The notes under the pieces: generated by a model
What the model was told of the DNA's origin: nothing
Database searches by the model: none
What the model saw: only the letters and a program-made list of their open reading frames with translations
Made by a program: the position numbers and the translations under genes
Virus record (IMG/VR): IMGVR_UViG_3300032073_000004
Coordinates: 1 to 64,000 of that record
Length of the DNA stretch: 64,000 bases
Reading direction: 5' to 3' (one strand)
DNA from: an uncultured virus (IMG/VR IMGVR_UViG_3300032073_000004)
Taxonomy: Duplodnaviria > Heunggongvirae > Uroviricota > Caudoviricetes
Part shown: positions 1-9,289 of the stretch, piece by piece
Layout of the letters: each line of letters opens with the position of its first letter
Numbering within the stretch: the stretch's first letter is position 1

Positions 1-3000
1 ACCAGAGTCAATGTCAACGTTAGTTGAATTGTAGTTGGCATGATCAACGTTTGAGCCCAACGTTCCAAGATTGGAAGTCGTTGCAGTCAAGGTTGTGACA
101 GTTGCCGCTGCTGCAGAAGCTGCACCGATAACAGTGCCGTCAATCGCACCAGAGTCAATGTCAACGTTAGTTGAATTGTAGTTGGCATGATCAACGTTTG
201 AACCCAACGTTCCAAGGTTGGAAGTCGTTGCAGTCAATGTTGTGACAGTTGCCGCTGCAGCACTTGCTGCACCGATGGTAGTACCATCAATCGCGCCGCC
301 ATTAATGTCAACAGTGGTCAACGTGGACGTGCCAGTTGCAGTGATTGCATCAATGTAACCATGATCAACGTGAGCTTCGGCCCACTGCTTTGCAGATGTA
401 CCCAAGTCGCTTGTGCTATCTAAAATAGGAATCAAGTCACTATCAAACTGACCAGTTACAGTAACGCTGTCTGTGGTAGCATTACCTAAGTCAACATCGC
501 CCGTAGCAGACAAAGCTGCGACAGTAGTTGAACCAGCAGAGACAACCAAGTTGCCGAGAGTAACTGTTAAGTTACCTGCTTCAACTTCTACATTATCTTC
601 AACAGTCAGGGTTGAACCCAAAGCTGCAGCACCTTGTACAGACAAAGTACCAGAACCAGACATGTTGCCAGCAATATTCATGTTGCCAGAACCAGAGATA
701 GCCCCTTCGACTGACAAGTTGTTACCCAAGCTTGTTGCACCTGCAATTTGCAATGTGCTAGAGCCAGAGATGGTTGTAAACTTTGCAGTTGTTGCAGAGT
801 TTGCACCGATGGCAGTACCATCAATCGCGCCGCCATTGATGTCAACAGTAGTCAACGTGGATGTACCAGTTGCAGTGATTGCATCAATATAGCCATGATC
901 AATGTGAGCTTCGGCCCACTGCTTTGCAGTTGTACCCAAGTCTCTTGCACTGTCAGTTGACGGAATCAAGTCACTATCGAACTGGCCAGTTACAGTAACT
1001 GTATCAGAAGTAGCATTACCCAAGTCAACGTCACCAGTTGCAGACAAAGCTGCGACAGTGGTTGAGCCAGCAGAGACGACCAAGTTACCGAGAGTAACAG
1101 TCAAGTTACCCGCTTCAACTTCTACATTATCTTCAACAGTTAAGGTAGAACCCAAAGCTGCGCCGCCTTGTACAGACAAGGTGCCTGAACCAGACATGTT
1201 ACCAGCTACGTTAAGAGTTCCTGATCCGGAAATATTTCCTTCAACAGAAAGGTTGTTACCCAAGCTTGTTGCACCTGCAATCTGCAATGTACTAGAGCCA
1301 GAGATGGTTGTAAACTTTGCAGTTGTTGCAGAGTTCGCACCGATGGCGGTACCATCAATAGCGCCGGAGTCAATGTTGACGTTGGTCATTGCTTCATCAG
1401 AGAAGTCAACCGCGCCAGCTTGCTCATAAGCACCAAGCTTAGTTGTAGTCAAGGTATTCGTATTGTTGTTATATACGAGCTGCCCGTCAGTCAAGATACT
1501 TGCACCAGCGCCTGCTGCAGTGGTACTACCAAGAAGGTAAACAGTCGCATCGTTATCGCCACCGTCAGCGGTAGTAATTGTGTCTGCGGAAATACCTGTC
1601 AAGCTAGAACCGTCGCCATGGAATGTCTGAGCATGCATTTGAGAAGCAGACAATGGAGCTGAGTCAAAAGCTAAGTTTCCAGTCTGAGTTCCTAACGAGC
1701 CCGACTTTAATGTTGCAATTTGGAAACGGTCTGCTGACTCGTCCCAGAACATTGCTGCATCAGTTGCCGCGCCGCGCTTCATGATGAGGCCAATATCATT
1801 GATGTTGGTCGCACCATTATCTGCGTCACTACTGCCACTATTCAAGACAATCAAGCTGTCATTAAGAACAGTGTTAGAAGAAGACACATAAGTTACAGAA
1901 CCTTGTACGGTCAAGCTTCCGCCAACAGTCAAGCCAGTGTTCAGAGACAAAGAGTCATCTGAAGCATTATGCGTGATAGTTGTTGGTGAACCTGTACCGA
2001 AGCTAAGAACTGCGCCGTCACTTAACAACTTGAGGTCGTCACCGATAACAGCATCTAATGCAACAGATAAACCACCGTCGGTCTGCAAAGAGCCGTCAGT
2101 TGTTGAGGTTGCGTTAGTTGTGTCATCAGTCTTCAAGATGCCAGAGAAAGTACCAGTAGTACCTGCAACAGTTGTGAATGTACCTGCTGCTGCACTTGCT
2201 GCACCAATGGTAGTACCATCAATCGCACCAGAGTCAATGTCAACGTTAGTTGAATTGTAGTTAGCGTGATCAACGTTTGAACCCAACGTTCCAAGATTGG
2301 AAGTCGTTGCAGTCAAGGTTGTGACAGTTGCCGCTGCAGCACTTGCTGCACCGATGGTAGTACCGTCGATAGCACCGCCATTAATGTCAACAGTGGTCAG
2401 CGTGGACGTGCCAGTTGCTGTGATGTCATCAATGTAACCATGATCAACATGAGCTTCAGCAAACTGCAAAGCAGATGTACCCAAGTCTCTTGCACTATCA
2501 GTTGATGGAACAATGTCGCTGTCAAAGCGGCCTGTTGCAGTGATCGTATCAGAGGTAGCGTTACCTAAGTCAACGTCACCAGTTGCAGACAATGTTGTTG
2601 CAGTCAAAGCTTGAACAGCAGTTGTACCAGCGGAGACAGTCAAGCCACCTTTGGTAACAGCCATAGCATTGTTCGCAGTCAACGTGCTCTCAACGTGCAT
2701 CGTGCCGCCGACTGACGCATTGCCAGAACCAGAGACAGTGCCCATAACAGTTAAGTTACTACCCAAGCTTGTTGCACCAGCAATTTGCAGTGTGCTAGAG
2801 CCAGAGATGGTTGTAAACTTTGCAGTTGTTGCAGAGTTTGCACCGATAGCAGTACCATCAATTGCACCACCGTTGATGTCAACAGTAGTCAATGTGGACG
2901 TGCCAGTTGCAGTGATTGCATCAATGTAACCGTGATCAACATGAGCTTCGGCCCACTGCTTTGCAGATGTACCTAAGTCTCTTGCACTATCAGTTGATGG

Positions 3001-3625
3001 CACCAAGTCACTATCAAATTGGCCTGTTGCCGTGATAGTGTCTGTGGTAGCATTACCCAAGTCAACGTCACCAGTTGCAGACAATGTTGTCACAGTTGCC
3101 GCAGCAGGAGTTGTCCCACCAAGGACTGCATCAACAGTACCACCGTTAATATCGGCAGTAGTTGCAACCAAGCTAGCTGCAGTAGTTACACCAGCAGCAC
3201 TAACGCTAAGCTTATCAGTACCGTCTGTTTGCTCAACATTAAACAATTGAGCTGTTTGGCTACCAACGCCTTTAACATTCAAAGTGATCTCGTCAGTAGT
3301 GTCACCGGTGATTGTGGCACCAGCAGCAACGACCAGTTGATCATTTGCAGTCAAAGTTGTGAATGTACCAGCAGCAGGAGTTGCTGCACCAACAGTTGTA
3401 CCATCAATTGCGCCGCCGTTGATGTCAACAGTAGTCAAGGTAGACGTGCCAGTCGCAGTGATGTTATCAATGTGACCAGTGTCAATATGAGCTTCGGCAA
3501 ACTGTAAAGCAGATGTACCTAAGTCTCTTGCACTATCGGTTGATGGAACAATGTCACTGTCAAAGCGACCTGTTGCGGTGATGGTGTCAGAGGTAGCATT
3601 ACCTAAGTCAACATCGCCTGTAGCA
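1..3625 (-). repeat. Internal coding repeats of the giant fibre: five copies of a ~80-aa module, a 540-nt direct repeat and 120-nt repeats
   Basis: The GDVDLGNAT...AEAH...AIDGT module occurs near 265-515, 795-1050, 2345-2595, 2830-3085 and 3390-3625. Segments ~340-830 and ~880-1370 are near-identical at offset 540. A 40-aa unit (TLTATTSNLGTLGSNVDHANYNSTNVDIDSG) occurs twice in 1-290 and once near 2200-2330. Confidence 0.9.
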
Positions 3626-4014
3626 GAAATATTCACAGTTCTAAACGTAGAACTTGCTGGGTTATATGAAATAGAACCCGAATGAATATACTGAGTTTCA
3701 GAGCCGCCAGAGGCAGAGACAAACGTTAAATGTAAATAATTGTCTGTGTCTGCTGGGCTAGTAGAAGCATTTTCCACTGAGCCTCCAACGCCTGATAAAT
3801 TAGAACCGTTACCATAAAAATATGATGCCGATATCTTTCCGCTAGCAGACAATGATAAGCCTGTAGCGTTGTTGTCTCCGCCTGCAGCGGAAGACGAAAT
3901 AGTTAATGAGCCACTAAAATAGTGAGCACCATTATCCAGAGAACGAAATTTGGTGTCTTTCCAATTCGCTCCAGAGCCGGATATAACGGCTATACCTCTT
4001 GGATCAATAGGCAT
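1..4014 (-). CDS. Giant repeat-rich tail fibre/adhesin, >1338 aa, 3' end beyond the window
   Basis: Manual translation from ATG at 4014 (SD AAGGAGG upstream): MPIDPRGIAVISGSGANWKDTKF..., open to position 1. T/G/A/S/D-rich, with recurrent modules LSATGDVDLGNAT.DT.T.TG.FDSD..PSTDSARDLGTSA.Q(W/F)AEAH and VDINGGAIDGT.IGA. Absent from the ORF track because no stop lies in the window. Confidence 0.88.
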   Translation of the reverse strand, partial: MPIDPRGIAVISGSGANWKDTKFRSLDNGAHYFSGSLTISSSAAGGDNNATGLSLSASGKISASYFYGNGSNLSGVGGSVENASTSPADTDNYLHLTFVSASGGSETQYIHSGSISYNPASSTFRTVNISATGDVDLGNATSDTITATGRFDSDIVPSTDSARDLGTSALQFAEAHIDTGHIDNITATGTSTLTTVDINGGAIDGTTVGAATPAAGTFTTLTANDQLVVAAGATITGDTTDEITLNVKGVGSQTAQLFNVEQTDGTDKLSVSAAGVTTAASLVATTADINGGTVDAVLGGTTPAAATVTTLSATGDVDLGNATTDTITATGQFDSDLVPSTDSARDLGTSAKQWAEAHVDHGYIDAITATGTSTLTTVDINGGAIDGTAIGANSATTAKFTTISGSSTLQIAGATSLGSNLTVMGTVSGSGNASVGGTMHVESTLTANNAMAVTKGGLTVSAGTTAVQALTATTLSATGDVDLGNATSDTITATGRFDSDIVPSTDSARDLGTSALQFAEAHVDHGYIDDITATGTSTLTTVDINGGAIDGTTIGAASAAAATVTTLTATTSNLGTLGSNVDHANYNSTNVDIDSGAIDGTTIGAASAAAGTFTTVAGTTGTFSGILKTDDTTNATSTTDGSLQTDGGLSVALDAVIGDDLKLLSDGAVLSFGTGSPTTITHNASDDSLSLNTGLTVGGSLTVQGSVTYVSSSNTVLNDSLIVLNSGSSDADNGATNINDIGLIMKRGAATDAAMFWDESADRFQIATLKSGSLGTQTGNLAFDSAPLSASQMHAQTFHGDGSSLTGISADTITTADGGDNDATVYLLGSTTAAGAGASILTDGQLVYNNNTNTLTTTKLGAYEQAGAVDFSDEAMTNVNIDSGAIDGTAIGANSATTAKFTTISGSSTLQIAGATSLGNNLSVEGNISGSGTLNVAGNMSGSGTLSVQGGAALGSTLTVEDNVEVEAGNLTVTLGNLVVSAGSTTVAALSATGDVDLGNATSDTVTVTGQFDSDLIPSTDSARDLGTTAKQWAEAHIDHGYIDAITATGTSTLTTVDINGGAIDGTAIGANSATTAKFTTISGSSTLQIAGATSLGNNLSVEGAISGSGNMNIAGNMSGSGTLSVQGAAALGSTLTVEDNVEVEAGNLTVTLGNLVVSAGSTTVAALSATGDVDLGNATTDSVTVTGQFDSDLIPILDSTSDLGTSAKQWAEAHVDHGYIDAITATGTSTLTTVDINGGAIDGTTIGAASAAAATVTTLTATTSNLGTLGSNVDHANYNSTNVDIDSGAIDGTVIGAASAAAATVTTLTATTSNLGTLGSNVDHANYNSTNVDIDSG

Positions 4015-4019
4015 ATTTT

Positions 4020-4066
4020 TTCCCTCCTTCTTCGTCGAATATCACGAAGAAATAAATTAAAAGTTT
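4020..4066 (-). promoter_or_regulatory. Hairpin + Shine-Dalgarno element, copy 1 (upstream of giant fibre)
   Basis: mRNA UUCUUCGU-GAUAUUCG-ACGAAGAA-GGAGGG; 8-bp stem at 4028-4051 directly abutting the SD. Confidence 0.7.
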
Positions 4067-4084
4067 ACTAATGTTTCCCATCTA

Positions 4085-4522
4085 TTAACTTAGATGAAAG
4101 AACATGTCAGGTACCCACGCACTATTGCGCGAAAAATACCATTTGTGGCCTTGCGAGAAAGCCTGAGCTGCGTCATTGCTGACTGCGACAGAACCTCCAT
4201 TGGCAATTGCACCTTTCGTAAGGCCAGTTGAATTTAGATATATAACGTGTCCATTGTAATCTTCTGGCGCTGCAGCCAGAGTATTTAAAATACCAATATC
4301 ATTTTCAGAACCTGAAGCATATACTGGAATTCTAAAGACGCCATGAACCTTCGTCACATCGTTAACGTTGTTTGTCTTTCTACCTAACATCGTACTACCA
4401 GAGATGGCCAATGCTTTATTGGACCCTCCCGCAGAAATGATAGCCGAACCATCGTCCAAAAACCTATGGACATTGGTCGGTGATGAACCGGTAGTGACTT
4501 GCAACCCTCTTCTTCCTACCAT
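4085..4522 (-). CDS. Virion adaptor-like protein, paralog of the N-terminal domain of 9290..10402
   Basis: Shares LQVTTGS, DDGS, FRIP.Y, ILNTLA..P..YNG and GLTKGAIANGGSVAVSNDAAQ with the 370-aa ORF; strong SD. Confidence 0.8.
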   Translation of the reverse strand: MVGRRGLQVTTGSSPTNVHRFLDDGSAIISAGGSNKALAISGSTMLGRKTNNVNDVTKVHGVFRIPVYASGSENDIGILNTLAAAPEDYNGHVIYLNSTGLTKGAIANGGSVAVSNDAAQAFSQGHKWYFSRNSAWVPDMFFHLS

Positions 4523-4527
4523 ATTAT

Positions 4528-4571
4528 TTTCCCTCCTTCTTTGTCAAATATCACAAAGAAATTAAAAGTTT
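4528..4571 (-). promoter_or_regulatory. Hairpin + Shine-Dalgarno element, copy 2
   Basis: mRNA UUCUUUGU-GAUAUUUG-ACAAAGAA-GGAGGG; stem at 4537-4560 with a compensatory C-G to U-A change relative to copy 1. Confidence 0.7.
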
Positions 4572-4587
4572 CTTTTTTTACGAATGA

Positions 4588-4709
4588 GGCGTATATTAAA
4601 GGTGAGTTTCCGCAACAAGTATATAAAATTGGCAACTCTTACCTCCCGAAAAAGGTTTCTTAATAAAACGCCCTTCTTCACAAGCATCCCTTCTCAAACG
4701 TGGGGCTTG
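4588..4709 (-). ncRNA. Candidate structured 5' leader / cis-regulatory RNA
   Basis: Several complementary segments in the largest intergenic gap: CAAGC/GCUUG, GGCGU..UAUUAA/UUAAUA.ACGCC, AGGU..GAGUU/AACUC-ACCU, and CCUUU-UUCG-GGAGG. Confidence 0.4.
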
Positions 4710-4814
4710 ATATTAGTATTTAGTGAGAAAAGTGTGGTTTATTGCCTGTTTGCTTCAAGTTCTCTGAAAAAAGTTCCTGCACGTTTTTTATCAAATATTT
4801 TATGCAGATCCAAT

Positions 4815-4838
4815 AAAAAACCCGGCGCGGGGCCGGGT
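4815..4838 (-). terminator. Rho-independent terminator after the four-gene lectin-like array
   Basis: Minus strand CCCGGC-CCCGC-GCCGGG followed by UUUUUU, about 30 nt after the stop at 4867. Confidence 0.85.
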
Positions 4839-4866
4839 CTTGAAAGTATGTTGTGCGAGCGTGTTA

Positions 4867-5949
4867 TTAGCTTACATCTTTTGTGAAAAACTCAAAGCCA
4901 TCAATTAGCGCATCGTGACACAAATAGTCGTCATCATGGGTTATAGCATGAGCCGTATAATAGCCACAGTCTTGAGATTTCAAGGTTGAGTTTGAACTAT
5001 CCCATTGTCTATAGTAAGAATCAGTAGTCGCTATTGAAATGGTTGTCTGCTTTGTCCATGTTTCGTTACTGAGAGTTTCTCCAATAGGTGCGGTATAGAT
5101 CTCAACCTTATCGGCACTAGCTTGTGGTGTCACATCCATCCGAACATGATACCATGTGTTGAACGAGCCTGAAAATATAGTCTCATGAAGACTGTTGGTA
5201 CCCGAACTAATGCCGTGAGAAATATCATTTGTTTTATGAGCGTGGAATTTCAAGCGAGGAACCCTTGCACCGACTTTGCCAGCTTCACTGGTTCCGCCCT
5301 GAGCGCCGTCGCTGTCGTCTCTCAAGGTTGAGAGCGTCAAGCAATATCCCGTCATTCTTGGGTTGTAATCGCCACCAGAGCCATAGAAAGCATCTACAGC
5401 GTCTTCGGTAGCGTCATTAAAATAAGACGCACTTAGAGAGCCTGTTCCTGAACTTACATAGTCTCCCTGCTGGGCGGTGCCTGGGCCGATGCCCTTGACG
5501 AACAGGCCAATTTCTGAGCCTTGATTTCTCTCGGAGTTGGCGACTATTGAGGAGTTGTCGTTGCCCAGTCTCAAGAAAGCTCGAATACTGTAGGCAATTG
5601 TAGTACCTTCCGCAGGAGTTGCGTCAACTGGAAAGTCGCTTCCTGAGTCTGAGCCCGTTGTTATAAACGCCGCCATAATGCATGCGTTGTGATAGCTATT
5701 GTTGGAATGAATGCTGGCCTGGCCATACATATATCCAGTGCAATAATCTCCCGCAGAAGCTGGTGCTGTGCCGGACAAGAAGGAGTGTGGGACGATAGAG
5801 CCAAAAGCTGCTTCGCCACCGCTGGTAGCTGCCCATGGGCCACCATTGCCGTAGGCCAAGAGGGACATGAAACGTTCCCCCCCTTCGAACTCGCCGGAAT
5901 TGCCGCCGTACATGCCGGCATATCTAAAGTTTGAACGTGAAATTCCCAT
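4867..5949 (-). CDS. Putative lectin-like (beta-sandwich) virion/receptor-binding protein, type A copy 2
   Basis: 360 aa; close paralog of 7087..8175; C-terminal WYHVRMDVTP...DKVEIYTAP...ETWTK...HDALIDGFEF; SD AGGAG. Confidence 0.75.
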   Translation of the reverse strand: MGISRSNFRYAGMYGGNSGEFEGGERFMSLLAYGNGGPWAATSGGEAAFGSIVPHSFLSGTAPASAGDYCTGYMYGQASIHSNNSYHNACIMAAFITTGSDSGSDFPVDATPAEGTTIAYSIRAFLRLGNDNSSIVANSERNQGSEIGLFVKGIGPGTAQQGDYVSSGTGSLSASYFNDATEDAVDAFYGSGGDYNPRMTGYCLTLSTLRDDSDGAQGGTSEAGKVGARVPRLKFHAHKTNDISHGISSGTNSLHETIFSGSFNTWYHVRMDVTPQASADKVEIYTAPIGETLSNETWTKQTTISIATTDSYYRQWDSSNSTLKSQDCGYYTAHAITHDDDYLCHDALIDGFEFFTKDVS

Positions 5950-5964
5950 TTTATTTTTCTCCTA

Positions 5965-7065
5965 TTAGCTTGATATATTTTTTGAATACACAGTTAGTGC
6001 ATCTAAGTATGCGTCGTGGTTTCTGGACCGGGTGCTAAGGGTTGAGCCATTTTGATCTCTCCACGCCTGCACACAATAACCCAAACCCCTGTGGTTTTGG
6101 GCATGCTGACGAGTGACGTAATGACAAGTTCCAGCAAAACGATATTGAGTTGCTCTTTTTGTCCATGTTTCCGAACCTATCGTGTCGGTTGCGGGTGCTG
6201 TGTAAATTTCAATTTTGTCTGTTCCTGGTAAGGGCGTAATGTCCATCCTTATGCGATACCACGCATTGAATGCGTATGAGCCTTGGCACTTGTGAACTCT
6301 TGGTCGTTGAAACGTGTTCCCAGCGGCGGCTTCGTTCGCATGAGGGCCAGTACTAATGAAAAGAAGTCTTACCACGCCAACATTCCCCCTGTTGGTATCT
6401 TTAACGCTTGAGCCATCACCATCGGAGTCAATATCGTCGTTGCCCCAAGAGTAATGCTTCATACTAGAAAGCCAGAGAGTGTACCCGTTTATTAAGGTGC
6501 CGTAAGTATCCGTCTTGGAGTACACTGCATATCCATAATCATCACCATCGGCATCGGTGGTGTATCTAGCTGTGGTGGATGGCGTTCTAGCTCCAAAGAA
6601 CAGACCCACTGCAGTGCCGCTTGACGTATATTGACTCACTGATGCTGTGTAGAGACAGCCCAATCTGACTGTGGCTCTCATAGAGACAGCAGTTGCTTGG
6701 CTGCGCTTTCCTGTTGAGTTTGCAAAGCTTGCTGCTGCGCTCCAAGCTGAACCACTGTTTGGGTCTAGTCTTGGCCCCAAGGATCTAGTTCCCAAGAAAC
6801 CCATGCCATACCAACCTCTATTGTAGTTGTTCACTGAGTAATTGTATTGGCTGAAGATCCACCCTCTTGCATAATCTCCGCAAGTGGTTATTGCGCCAGA
6901 TAACGTGGAATGGGGAACTGACATTCCCTCTGCAGCATATCCGCCGTTAGTACCACTTTCGCTGCCATTGCCGCGAGCCATGTTGTGGGCAGCCATTCTC
7001 ACGTTGCCGTCGGTGGCGTCGTTGAGGGTCGTATACCCTAGAAAATTAAAATCCTGTTTTGCCAT
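5965..7065 (-). CDS. Putative lectin-like virion protein, type B copy 2
   Basis: 366 aa; close paralog of 8191..9264; WYRIRMDITP...DKIEIYTAP motif; DxDGD acidic loops. Confidence 0.75.
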   Translation of the reverse strand: MAKQDFNFLGYTTLNDATDGNVRMAAHNMARGNGSESGTNGGYAAEGMSVPHSTLSGAITTCGDYARGWIFSQYNYSVNNYNRGWYGMGFLGTRSLGPRLDPNSGSAWSAAASFANSTGKRSQATAVSMRATVRLGCLYTASVSQYTSSGTAVGLFFGARTPSTTARYTTDADGDDYGYAVYSKTDTYGTLINGYTLWLSSMKHYSWGNDDIDSDGDGSSVKDTNRGNVGVVRLLFISTGPHANEAAAGNTFQRPRVHKCQGSYAFNAWYRIRMDITPLPGTDKIEIYTAPATDTIGSETWTKRATQYRFAGTCHYVTRQHAQNHRGLGYCVQAWRDQNGSTLSTRSRNHDAYLDALTVYSKNISS

Positions 7066-7086
7066 CTCTTGTTCCTCTCTTTGTTA

Positions 7087-8175
7087 TTAAGTCAAATCTT
7101 TCGTAAAAAACTCAAAACCATCTATTAATGCATCGTGAGCCAAATAATCATCATCGTGAGTTTTACAGTGAGCCGCGAAAAAGCCACAGTCTTGTTGTTT
7201 GGAAGTAGAATCTGTTGAATCCCAGCTTCTGTAATATTCGTCTGTGGCGTATATACGCACTGTCTCTCGCTTTGTCCATGTCTCGCTACCCAGGGCGTTT
7301 GCAATAGGGGCCGTATAAATTTCTACCTTGTCATGCCCCGATATTGGTGTTACGTCCATTCGAACATGATACCAGGTATTAAAAGAACCTGAAAAGATTT
7401 CAACATGCTTGCTGTTAACGCCTGGTAAGACGCTGTGGTTGATATTATTCGTTCGGTGGGCGTGGAACTTCAGGCGTGGAATTCTTGCACCTTTTACGCC
7501 AGCTTCACTGGTTCCGCCAGTTGTTCCGTCGCTGTCGTCTCTCAAGGTTGACAAGGAGAGATAATACCCAGACATTCTTGGGTTGTAACTGCCGCCAGAC
7601 GCATAGAAAGGATCGGTGGCATCTTCGTCAGCGTCGTGATAATAAGACGCACTTAGAGAGCCTGTTGGTGAGGCTGTATAGTCATTCTGTTGGTTTGTTC
7701 CTGGGCCGATGCCCTTGACGAAGATACCGATTTCTGAGCCTTGATTTCTCTCGTGGTTGGCGTTTATTGAGGAGTTGTCGTTGCCCAGTCTCAAGAAAGC
7801 TCGAATACTGTAGGCAGTTCTGGTCCCTTCATTTGGAACTGTGTCCACTGGAAAGTCGCTTCCTGAGTCTGAGCCCGTTGTTACGAATGCTGCCACGAGG
7901 TGTGCCCTATGGTAGCTATTATTCGAAGGGTGACTGGCTTGTCCGTACATATAACCAAGGCAAAAGTCCCCCGCAGAGGCTGGTGCGGTGCCAGACAAGA
8001 AGGAATGTGGAACGACAGAGCCAAAAGCTGCTTCGCCGCCGCCCTCGTTGTTGTTGGCCCAACCAGCGCCTTGGTGTTGGCTTGCCAGTGCTGCCCATCG
8101 CTGAGCTGCATCGGTCGTGCCCGTACTGCCTATCCATGAGCCTGCGTATCTAAAATTTGAACGTGAAATTGCCAT
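7087..8175 (-). CDS. Putative lectin-like virion protein, type A copy 1
   Basis: 362 aa, MAISRSNFRYAG; same motifs as 4867..5949; SD AGGAG. Confidence 0.75.
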   Translation of the reverse strand: MAISRSNFRYAGSWIGSTGTTDAAQRWAALASQHQGAGWANNNEGGGEAAFGSVVPHSFLSGTAPASAGDFCLGYMYGQASHPSNNSYHRAHLVAAFVTTGSDSGSDFPVDTVPNEGTRTAYSIRAFLRLGNDNSSINANHERNQGSEIGIFVKGIGPGTNQQNDYTASPTGSLSASYYHDADEDATDPFYASGGSYNPRMSGYYLSLSTLRDDSDGTTGGTSEAGVKGARIPRLKFHAHRTNNINHSVLPGVNSKHVEIFSGSFNTWYHVRMDVTPISGHDKVEIYTAPIANALGSETWTKRETVRIYATDEYYRSWDSTDSTSKQQDCGFFAAHCKTHDDDYLAHDALIDGFEFFTKDLT

Positions 8176-8190
8176 GTTACTTTTCTCCTA

Positions 8191-9264
8191 TTATACTATC
8201 TTTGAATATACCACCAAGCCATCAATGAAGGCGTCGTGGTTCTTATCTACTGCCGTTGCATTGGTGTCTCGCCAAGCAGAAACACAATATCCTATACCTT
8301 TGCGGTCAGCATTGACCCTGGGTAAATAGTGGCTGGTTCCCGCGAAACGATACTGGGTTGCAACTTTCGTCCAGGTTTCCGAGCCTACCGTATCGGTTGC
8401 TGGTGCTGTATATATTTCAATCTTGTCTGTTCCCGGAAATGGAGTAATATCCATTCTTATTCTATACCATTTGTTGTACTGGTATGTTCCTTGACACTTG
8501 TGAAATCTCGACCTGGCTGCGCCAGCACTGCTGCCGCCGTTGGTAGCATACTGTTGTGAGCCAAACAGGAGTCTCACTGTTTGAGCTCCTCTATTGGAAT
8601 CTGAAACACTCGTACCGTCACCATCGGAGTCAATATCGCTGTTTCCCCAAGAGTAATGTTTCAGACTAGAGAGCATAAGAGTGTATCCTTGAAATTGGGT
8701 GCCATAGGCTGTAGTCTTATTGATAACCGTTCCAGCATAATCATCGCCATCGGAGTCATCTGTGTATTGAGTTGTCTGGGATGGCATGGTCGCATTGGTA
8801 AAGACGCCAATCGACGTTCCAAATGATGCCGAGTCTGCTGATCCGGTGTTGTCTGCTCCCAATCTGACCGTTGCTCTTATAGAGACAGCGGTGGCCGTTG
8901 TGCGTTTTCCTGATGAGTTTGCAAAGTTTGCTGATGCGCTCCAAGCAGAGCCGCTAGCTGGGTCCAGCCTTGCTCCCAATGATCTAGTTCCCAAGAAACC
9001 CATGCCATACCAACCTACATTGTAGTTGTTTGTTGAGTATCTGTTGGCGCTGAAAAGCCATGCTCTTGCATAGTCTCCGCAAGTGGTTATTGAAGCACTG
9101 AGAGAGCTATGCAACTGAGACTGTCCTTCTGCTGCGTATCCGCCGTTGGTACTTCCGCCAGCGCCGTTGCCAGCTGCAATATCATATGCTATTTTTCTCA
9201 CGCCGCCGTCGGTAGTGTCATTGCTTGTTCTATAACCTAGAAATCTAAAATCCTGTTTTGCCAT
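8191..9264 (-). CDS. Putative lectin-like virion protein, type B copy 1
   Basis: 357 aa, MAKQDFRFLGY; same motifs as 5965..7065. Confidence 0.75.
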   Translation of the reverse strand: MAKQDFRFLGYRTSNDTTDGGVRKIAYDIAAGNGAGGSTNGGYAAEGQSQLHSSLSASITTCGDYARAWLFSANRYSTNNYNVGWYGMGFLGTRSLGARLDPASGSAWSASANFANSSGKRTTATAVSIRATVRLGADNTGSADSASFGTSIGVFTNATMPSQTTQYTDDSDGDDYAGTVINKTTAYGTQFQGYTLMLSSLKHYSWGNSDIDSDGDGTSVSDSNRGAQTVRLLFGSQQYATNGGSSAGAARSRFHKCQGTYQYNKWYRIRMDITPFPGTDKIEIYTAPATDTVGSETWTKVATQYRFAGTSHYLPRVNADRKGIGYCVSAWRDTNATAVDKNHDAFIDGLVVYSKIV

Positions 9265-9289
9265 CTCTTGTTCCTCTCTTTAAAAGATT

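Larger units (their letters stand above)
4867..9280 (-). repeat. Tandem duplication of a two-gene (B-A) unit, period ~2.22 kb
   Basis: Stop-codon offsets of 2220 (A) and 2226 (B). Identical RBS regions (tgccatctcttgttcctctct at ~7060 and ~9260) and identical ~50-nt internal blocks. Confidence 0.9.

Noticed and set aside
473..3507. Series of plus-strand ORFs with repeated sequence
   Set aside because: They are antisense shadows of the minus-strand giant fibre gene. The same applies to short plus-strand ORFs throughout the window.
1..3625. Regularly recurring repeats as a CRISPR array
   Set aside because: Repeats are long, codon-degenerate and protein-coding, with no constant repeat/unique spacer pattern and no cas genes.
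4584..4886. 100-aa plus-strand ORF in the intergenic gap
   Set aside because: Opposite to all other genes, runs through the terminator and has no recognisable features; the region is better explained as regulatory.
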